Shown here one piece after another: positions 46,640 to 54,500 of a stretch of DNA of 64,000 bases (the first letter of the stretch is position 1; each line of letters opens with the position of its first letter). A program made the translations under genes and the position numbers. Below the pieces are notes generated by a model. That model saw only the letters and a list, made by a program, of their open reading frames with translations. It was not told where the DNA came from and ran no database searches. This stretch comes from an uncultured Candidatus Peribacteria bacterium (lineage in GTDB: Bacteria; Patescibacteriota; Gracilibacteria; Peribacterales; Peribacteraceae): the NCBI GenBank assembly GCA_964434575.1, contig CAYSWB010000007.1:4702-68701 (forward strand). Direction: 5' to 3'.

Positions 46640-46723
46640 GGCCGGGAAACAGGAGAGACAGGTGAGTCAGGGGAACACAAAAATCCTCTGTCTCCCCTGT
46701 TTCACCTGACTCCCGTGATTCCC
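46640..46723. repeat. intergenic repeat element, copy B (imperfect hairpin)
   Basis: The arms CAGGTGAGTCAGGGGA (46659-46674) and TCCCCTGTTTCACCTG (46693-46708) are 14/16 complementary, with an 18-nt loop. It shares the 17-mer ACAGGTGAGTCAGGGGA with copy A. Confidence 0.6.
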
Positions 46724-46737
46724 ATCGTCGCCAGCCG

Positions 46738-47484
46738 CTAACCCTGAACTCTCGCATTCGTATGGATTTCCGACACATCATCATCTTCTTCCAGGATGGC
46801 GATGAGCGCGTCGATCTTCTGCATGGTGGCGGCATCCACGTCGGCGTGCTGCTTGGGGACGAACTGCAATCCGGCGGATTCGATGTTCATGCCCTTCGTC
46901 TTCAGGAAATCGCGTACTTTTGGCCAACCGGCGACGTCGGTGACCACCTGCAGATGCGCGCCGTCGGACGAAAAATCCTCGGCGCCGTGATCGATGAGTT
47001 CCAACTCCAGGTTCTCCAGCGCAGCGGCGTCCGGAAACGCGCCGCCTTCGGGGGCGCCCGCCACCACCACTCCCTTGCGGTCGAACATCCACATGACGGA
47101 GCCGTTGCTGGCGAACCGTCCGCCATTTTTATCCAGCAGCATCTTCACGTTGGAGAGCGTGCGGTTCTTGTTGTCGGTGAGCGTCTCCAGAATCAGCGCG
47201 GCGCCGCCCGGACCGTACGCCTCGTAGACCGTTTCCTGCATCGCCTCCCCTTTCAGGGCGCCGGTACCTTTGGCAATGGCGCGGTCGATGTTGGCGTTCG
47301 GCACGCTTTCGGCTTTGGCAGAATCGATGAGCGAGCGCAAACGGACGTTCGACGAAGGATCGCCGCCGCCCTCACGCGACGCGATTTCGATCAGGCGGGC
47401 GTACTTGGTGTACACCTTGCCGCGCTTGGCGTCCTGCGCGCCTTTGCGAACCCGGATATTTGCCCACTTTGAATGGCCGGACAT
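46738..47484 (-). CDS. YebC/PmpR family DNA-binding regulator (248 aa)
   Basis: MSGHSKWANIRVRKGAQDAKRGKVYTK is the hallmark N-terminus. TGcTACAAT lies 6 nt upstream of the ATG. Confidence 0.9.
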   Translation of the reverse strand: MSGHSKWANIRVRKGAQDAKRGKVYTKYARLIEIASREGGGDPSSNVRLRSLIDSAKAESVPNANIDRAIAKGTGALKGEAMQETVYEAYGPGGAALILETLTDNKNRTLSNVKMLLDKNGGRFASNGSVMWMFDRKGVVVAGAPEGGAFPDAAALENLELELIDHGAEDFSSDGAHLQVVTDVAGWPKVRDFLKTKGMNIESAGLQFVPKQHADVDAATMQKIDALIAILEEDDDVSEIHTNARVQG

Positions 47485-47508
47485 GACCGGATTGTAGCAC
47501 GGGCATTC

Positions 47509-48135
47509 TTAGCCGGTCGTTTCATCGGTCAGGGACGTCATCAGGCGCAGGTACCTTACGCATGCGGCCGCAGAAATGCCGGCGGGCAACGGCAGATCGT
47601 CCTGCGGCGGGAGAGCTTCCAGTGCATTGAGCGTCAGCTCATGGATACTGGTTGCTGGTTGGTCACCACGGCGATACGGCACGAACGCCGAGCGAGCCAG
47701 AAAATCCTCTTCGGTCTCGATAACAAGTTTGCTCTCGCCGGTAGGAGGAGCCCCGTCTATGACAACGCGCTGACCCTCCCGGCCCACCGCTGTCCAGTAA
47801 TGATACGGCATTACGGTTTCTGTACCGGTTGCTGGACGGGGCAACGCGTACACCGACGCAATGGGTACTGGGAGTTCCAGCTTGCGCACGGCGTGCCGCA
47901 CCGCACTCATACTGAAGCCACACGAACCGCTCTTCGGCGCCTTGCTGGCAGGCTTATAAATATCACGTCGCCACACTGCTGCGATTTCAGCGTTGAAGGT
48001 CGTGCGAAGTGCCGTCAGCGCACGCAAAAAGCGTGCTTCTTTTGGCTCTAAATGATTCCTCAAGACCCGCAATAAATCTGCCTGTGAAAAGCTGCCACAA
48101 TCAAGCGTACTGCGCTGGGGTGCGGGGCACGTCAT
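47509..48135 (-). CDS. paralog A of a conserved-Cys/His/Asp protein, predicted papain-like (transglutaminase/NAT-type) fold (208 aa)
   Basis: By eye it is roughly 40% identical to the 56866-57495 product. Shared blocks are FSQA(D/E)LLR, G(S/G)CGF, LPVP, YH(Y/F)W.AVG...QRV.IDGA.P, F.PYRRG.QP and LTDE. Spacings are Cys-40-His-15-Asp. Confidence 0.7.
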   Translation of the reverse strand: MTCPAPQRSTLDCGSFSQADLLRVLRNHLEPKEARFLRALTALRTTFNAEIAAVWRRDIYKPASKAPKSGSCGFSMSAVRHAVRKLELPVPIASVYALPRPATGTETVMPYHYWTAVGREGQRVVIDGAPPTGESKLVIETEEDFLARSAFVPYRRGDQPATSIHELTLNALEALPPQDDLPLPAGISAAACVRYLRLMTSLTDETTG

Positions 48136-48142
48136 ATATTAT

Positions 48143-48170
48143 ATTATAAAATATATTTTATAAATAGCAA
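48143..48170 (-). promoter_or_regulatory. leaderless-type promoter of paralog A
   Basis: On the minus strand: TTGCTA (48170-48165), 16 nt, TATAAT (48148-48143), 7 nt, ATG(48135). It lies within a roughly 45-nt tract of almost pure A/T. Confidence 0.5.
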
Positions 48171-48251
48171 GTATCAATAAATCGCTTTTGGGCGCCATCC
48201 ACGCGCCAGGCGGTTAACGACCCCGAGGGAATACAGGGAGTGGTTGTGTGC

Positions 48252-48521
48252 TTACACTTTCTGGAACTGCATGCCGAGCACGTCGCCTTTCGCATCGGCG
48301 GTCACGGTCGCCCCCAGAAAACCGAAGTTGTGAACAAGCAGCATCCGGTAGGTGCCGATGGCGCCATCAACGGCATCCAGCGAAGCGGTATCAGCGCTGA
48401 CCTCGGCCGTGACGGCTACGGAATTGAATGTCGTCCGGCAAAACTCCGTGCCGGCTTTGGCAATGGAGTCGCCATGGAGCGCGAGGAGGTCTTTGGCAGA
48501 TGGCGGCAAGGAAGGCTTCAT
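48252..48521 (-). CDS. small hypothetical protein (89 aa) immediately downstream of the giant protease gene
   Basis: Third codon positions are mostly G/C by eye. The ATG at 48521 is 12 nt after the giant gene's stop (a TTG at 48527 is also in frame). The sequence looks beta-rich, and I recognise no family. Confidence 0.55.
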   Translation of the reverse strand: MKPSLPPSAKDLLALHGDSIAKAGTEFCRTTFNSVAVTAEVSADTASLDAVDGAIGTYRMLLVHNFGFLGATVTADAKGDVLGMQFQKV

Positions 48522-48533
48522 GGGCAAGTGGGA

Positions 48534-51500
48534 TTATTTCAAAAGGCGGCGCATGTCGACCGTCACGTAGCTGATGTCCGAGAAGGTTTCCAGGAAGGCG
48601 TTGTACCGCAGCGTGATGGGCTTGGATGTATCGTGCGGGTTTACGACGGTCACGGTCTTGGCGACGTTATCCACCGATTCGATGGAATACGCATGGGTAA
48701 AGTGAATGCGCACGTCGTTGCCCTGAACGTCTTTGACCGTGTACGTGAAGGTATCGTTGCGCAAGCGCGGCGTATTTGCCGTGGCGAAGTGCTTTTCCAC
48801 CGAGAAGGAGTTCAGGAAATCCAGCGCTTTCTGCTTTGAGTGAATCTCACCCTGGCTGATGGGACGGGCGTTTGCCGCGTCGCCGACGATATGGCCGGCT
48901 TCTCCGCTGTCAAAACCAAGCAGGCGTTGGATGGCCTCATGACCCAGGCCGCCGGTCGACGCCTTGCGGTTCACTTGCCCTCTTCCGTCGCGGCCATGCA
49001 CGGAAAGGGTATACGCCGCCTCCAGTACTTGGAAACCCACCGGCCCGTTCAGGCCGAAATACGCATGCGCGACCGTATGCTGGGCGAGTTGCAGGTCTCC
49101 GTCGTTCACCCGGACGATTTTCGAGCCCGGACCGCCGCCGAGCGGCACGCGAACGTCGTACCCCACCGTGAACTTCTGGCGGATGGTGCGCCCCCTGTTG
49201 TTGGGATCCGGCACGTCGAGCTCCTCGATGATCGGCGTAACGGCGGACCGCACGAGGATTTCAAAATGCGGCGACTGGCGCAGCGAGTGCAGCGAGGCGA
49301 CCAGGTAGCAGTTCCCCACGTTCTGCTGGGAAAAATCGCTGTCCGGAGGGAAGAGGTGCTGGAATGTCGACCGGTTGAGCGGCAGCTTTCCACCCTCGAG
49401 CAGATCCAGTTTTTTGCGGAAAAACTCGCTTTCCGGTGCCTCGCGCAGGGCCGGAATGCGCTCGCGCAGATCCTGCGGGCTGAACATGCGTTCCGCATCG
49501 TACGGAAGCGTGCGCCGCGTGGTGGGGTTGTATGCCTCCAGCTGACCGGAAGCCGTCCGGCGCACGATCCAGCCTTGTTCCAAGCTCGCGGGCGACGTGG
49601 ATGTTTTTGGGGTGAGCAGCAGTATCGCCTCGCCGTTTCGCGGAACGCGCCGCAACGCGGGGGCCACATAGCCGGTCTCGATGTAGGCGTTTTCGTCATT
49701 CAGGGGCAAAAGAATGTTCTTCAGGTCTTTGTACGGGACTCTGCTGATTCGAATCCGCGGAGAATCCGGATCGTAATGCACCGTCACCTTGCCGTCGGGG
49801 CCCATGGACGAGATCAAGACCGTGTCGCCCTTCGCATCCTGCGCCGCCGTGCCGATGGGAGGAACGACGAGTCGCTCTCCAGGCTTCAATCCGGTGTTGC
49901 GCTGCCAATCGCGCACGAGTTGGAGATCGATCCGGTAGAGAACGCCTGACGCATCTTTCACGATCGCAATATTGGGCTGGGCGGGGTCCACGGAGTCCAG
50001 CTTCAGTTCTTGCTGCGTTCCATCGACATTCGGGCGGATGATGAGCGTCTGCCCCGGCTTTACCTGTATGCCGTTGATGTCCACCGCGCCCGGCACGGCC
50101 TCCCGCACCGGCTGCACACGGCCGTTGGCGTCCAGCTGCGCGACATCCAGATGGAAATTCCGGTACTCGGTCTTGCCGTCCACAACGCGCTTGAACCGGC
50201 CCTTGGGCCTTCCTCCGCTGCCGTCTTCGGCGGGGCAGACGTACCGCCATTCTTCCACGGCACCGCCGCTGCGGCGCATGCGGTACAGGTTGTCTTGGAC
50301 GAAGTCCGAATGGTCCGGCAGCGCATCGGCCAGCGGCAGCGGATCGTCCGGCGGCGCGCGGCGCACTTTGCTGATGGGGAATCCTGAAGGATCTTCGTTC
50401 GTATCGACGCTGGTGAATTTGGGCGCGCCGCCGATGTCGCCGCCCACGTATTTCCAGCGCTCCACTTTGCCACTGCTTCGCGTGATCAAGTACACGGTAC
50501 CCTCGCGCAAGTCGGTCAGCGCCAACGGCGCTTCCGGCGCGGCCGGCTGTTCCTTGAACAACAGACGGCCGGCGATGACCTGGTCGCGCGTAAACCTTGC
50601 CCTTTCTCCGGTGCGGGTGTTTTTCATCAGGAGATCGCCCTTCTCATCGATGTCACCATCGAACGTGTAGACGGCGTCGCCGATCCGGACTTCCCTGCCG
50701 AGAACCACGTCCTGCTCCGCCCGGCGCTCCTGCTTCGAGAGCTTCTTGGGGGCGGCTGCGGGGTTCGCCTCGGCTTGTATGGCAACCTTCGCGGCGGCAA
50801 TGGCCTCGGCGATGGGTATGCGGCGCTGTTCGCCGTCGCTCTTGCGCTTCATGACATACGTGTCGGGCTCATTCCTGCTGAGGCGGACGTAGACGTACGT
50901 TTCGCCGCGAATCTCCACCGGCAACCCCGCCGCGATGCGCTTGGCGGCGGCATCGTCCGTGACCGATCCCGGAGCAGCGTCCGGGCTGCTTGGCGCAGCC
51001 AGGGCCGCGCGCGCCGCGTCCACCACTTCGGCCTGCGTGAACGTTTTCACAAGACCCGTCTTGGTGTCCTCCATCGCGAACTTCCCCCTGCTCGGCTCCC
51101 CGGCGAAGACGTATTCACGTCCATCGATCTTCACCTTCAGTCCCTGCTCCAACTTTGTAAGCACCGTGAGTTCCGGAATGTCTTTGCCGGCGGCAGGCGG
51201 CCGCACTTCGTCGTACCCCACCTCGGCATGCACGGCGTCGTAGACTTTGGATTTCGACACGTACACTTCCACTTGCGTGGTTGTATTGCGCATGACAAAC
51301 GAGTCCGGTTGGCTGGAGCTCTCGCGCACGAACACGAACGTCCCGGTCGCGTTCGGAAGCGCCAGCGTCACCGTTCCGCCCCTCCTGAGATAGTCGCTCA
51401 CGAATGCGTTCCCTCCGTCTCTTGGCGCCGCATAGTTTTTGTCGCCCACGATTTCATTGAGCGAGAGGGAGGCCTCGGCGCGCACGCCGTTCACGTCCAA

Positions 51501-54500
51501 CGAGAACACGTACTTGCCGTCCTGCACGCGCACGAACGTGGCGACTCGCAGCTTTCCGGCCGGCGTGCGAATGGTGTATTCCTGGCCGGGAACGATCCTG
51601 CGGGCATCGAAGGCATCACTCCTGCCGCACACGGCAGCGTCCAGGAGCAGCTGCGCATTGGCCCTGCCGAATACCGGCAGCAGAATGCGCGCCTTGCCGA
51701 ACATCTGTGCCCCGGTGAGATTATCGATCACGCCGGGGGCATTGTGCGCATCGAGCAGCGCCTTGCGCTCGGTATCGTTGAGCGTGCGTCCGATGAGCGC
51801 TTCGGCGATGAGCACGCGTGTCGCGTCGTCGACGTCGTTCTGAATCAGGAACTCCTTCAGCGCGGCCATTTGGCCGGGGTCGGCCTTCGCGGCGGCAGCC
51901 AGCTTGACGCCTTCGGCGCGCGTTTCGGGCCGGGTTTCTGGCGTCACGCTGGCCCCGGCGGTATCCGGAACCAGGACGATCGTACGGCCGTCGAGCTCCA
52001 CCGTGATCGTGCCGCTTACGTCGACGCTGACATTGCCGCCTTCCATGGTCGCCCATGCGACGACATCCGCCACGGCTTTCGTGGGATCGCCATTGGTCTG
52101 GTACTCGAACGTGGGCATCACGCGCGCCTGGGGATTGCCGGGCGTCTTGGGCTTGAAGTTCTGCCCCGCGATGATGAACAGGACCGACCAGTCTCCGACC
52201 ACGTCCTGCATTTTCTCTTCACCGACTTCCTGGGCGGTTTCCAGCACCCAGCTGCGCAGGAATTGCTTGGTGGTCACGCCTTTCGTCGCCTGCTGCTCGA
52301 TCTTGCCGAAGTACGTGAAAATGCGGTTCACCACGGGCGAGCGCGTCGCGAGGCCCTGCATGATCTTGGAATTGGCGAGCAGGGTCAGGCTCTTGCCGAT
52401 GACCGCTCCGGCTCCGGCGAAAGCAAGCGACGTGGCGAACTGCTCGGCGAACTGCTGGGCCAGCGGCTCGATGAAATGCTTCAGCGCGTCGACATGCTCC
52501 TCTCGACCCGTTTCCGGATTGAAGATTTTTTCGTCTTTGATCACGGCGCGGGCGAAGGCGCCGGTGCGGGACCTTGCGCGGTACGTCACTTTGCCGCTGC
52601 GGACATCCTCGTCGAATTCCTGATGCAGCTGGAAGCGCGCCTCGCTCACGACCTCGGACGTGAGCACGCCGGCGGTGGCCGAAATGGCCGCGATGGCGAG
52701 AGGAGACGTGATGCCAAGCGTGAAGACCGACACGACGATGGCGAGCACCACGATGGCGACCGTGATGATGAGCACGATGTTCTCCTCGAGCCACGTCCAG
52801 AACGTGCTGACGTCATACGAGGATTTGTCGACGATGTTGGCGCAGAACACCTCCAGGTCGGGCTTGCTGAGCATGGCCTCCAGGTCTTCCAGCGCCTTGA
52901 TGCGTTTGTCGATCTCCTGATCCAGCGCGGTCTTGTCCACTCCGGTGTTCACGCGGCGCAATTCCTGCAACCGGCCTTTCGCTTTGTTCACGTTGGTGCG
53001 CAGCGTGGGGTCGCGCAGCACGCCCAGCACGCTCGTCGCCTCCTGGCGCATCAGGTCGACCAGACTCTGCCGCCTGGTGCCGTCCTTGCCTGCTTCGAAC
53101 AGGCTCTGCATCAGGTTCAGCGAGCCTTGGATCTTGCCCGCGTCCGCAGTGATGCCGCGCACGGCCGGATCGGAATCGATGACGCGCAACACGTCGCGGG
53201 AGTCTTCCACGTTGCGCTTTTCCACGTCGTCAACCGATGCGAACCGGATGTTCCTGGCCGTGACGAACACGCTGTACGACGCCAGTTTGTTTTCGGGTTC
53301 GCTCGGGTTCGGCTCGCCCACCACCTGCAGCGCCGACCGGCCGTTCATGCCGCCTTCGATGCCGGACAATTGTTGATTGATTGTATTGATGGCGACGCGC
53401 CCGCCATCCGGGGGCGTGGAGTACCGCACGTCGACGCCGTGCAAGCCGCGGTTGGAACCCAAAACGTTCCTCGGATCGTCGAAGTTCTTGCCGTCGCGTT
53501 CCGTTTCGCGGCAGAGCCAGACGCCGTCGGTGCTCGAGAATACGTACTCCACCGTCAGTCCGCCGCTCTTCACGCGTACCCGGGTGTCGAAATCGATCGG
53601 CGAATCGGTCCGGTCCCAGTTCCGCTGGATGGATACTTCGCCGCCGCTTTTGGTCAGCACCTCCAGACCGCGGCGTTCCACTTCGCGCATTTCTTCCACG
53701 CTGCGCCCGATGCGCACGAACGCCAGGTCATCGGCCTTCAGCGTGTCGAACGTGGTGACAAGCTGTTGGTAGCGCGGCGGCGTGCGCAGGTCGTTGCTGG
53801 GCACGCGGATCACGTTGCCGAACGTCGGCTTCGACGGCTGGCGGCGCAACACGGCGGTGAAGCCTCGCGGGGCACCCCCCAGCTTCATGATGAAACTCTC
53901 GTCAAACGCGACCAGGTGCTCTTTGCCCTGGACGCCGACCTTGTACAGCGGCGTCCCGCGGAACCCGATGGTCCGGCTGGTGGTCAGCTCAACCGGCACG
54001 CTCTGGCCCTCGTACCGGCCCGAGTACGAGTCGTACTCCGCGACCGTGAACGACGTATCGGCGAACTGCCGGCGCTCGAACAACTCGCGGTTGTCGGCCG
54101 CCTGGTAGCTGCCGAGTTCCGGGCCGGCCTCGCGCGCCTCGCGGCGCCGGCGGACTTCCGGGTCGCTGCGTTCCACGAGACCGCGGCAGATGGCATTGAG
54201 CGCCTTGCGCTCGCCTTCCGGAATGGCCGGGTCGGTGAACCAATTGCCGTCCGGGTACCCGACGCGATACGACGGCTTTTCTTGGTTGAAGTGCCATTCG
54301 CCGCCAATGCCGCACGAGAACGTGCCTTTCACCGTCGCGGTCTCCACGGAATACAGAGCGAAAAAGTCATTGGCGCCGTCACCGACGCGCTTGACCGTCA
54401 CGCCGTTCTGGCCGTTCTGCGACAGCAGGAATTCCTTGGCCTGCTTGGTGAATTTCTCGCGCGGATTCTCGAAGTCTTCCGCATTGAACGGCAGCCTGCC

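Noticed and set aside
49060-49075. Earlier AHAYFG motif as the catalytic His of the protease domain
   Set aside because: It lies only about 80 residues after the Cys and is not followed by an NP(W/H) motif. The later FTHAYS...VVNPHD pair fits the calpain His-Asn spacing much better.
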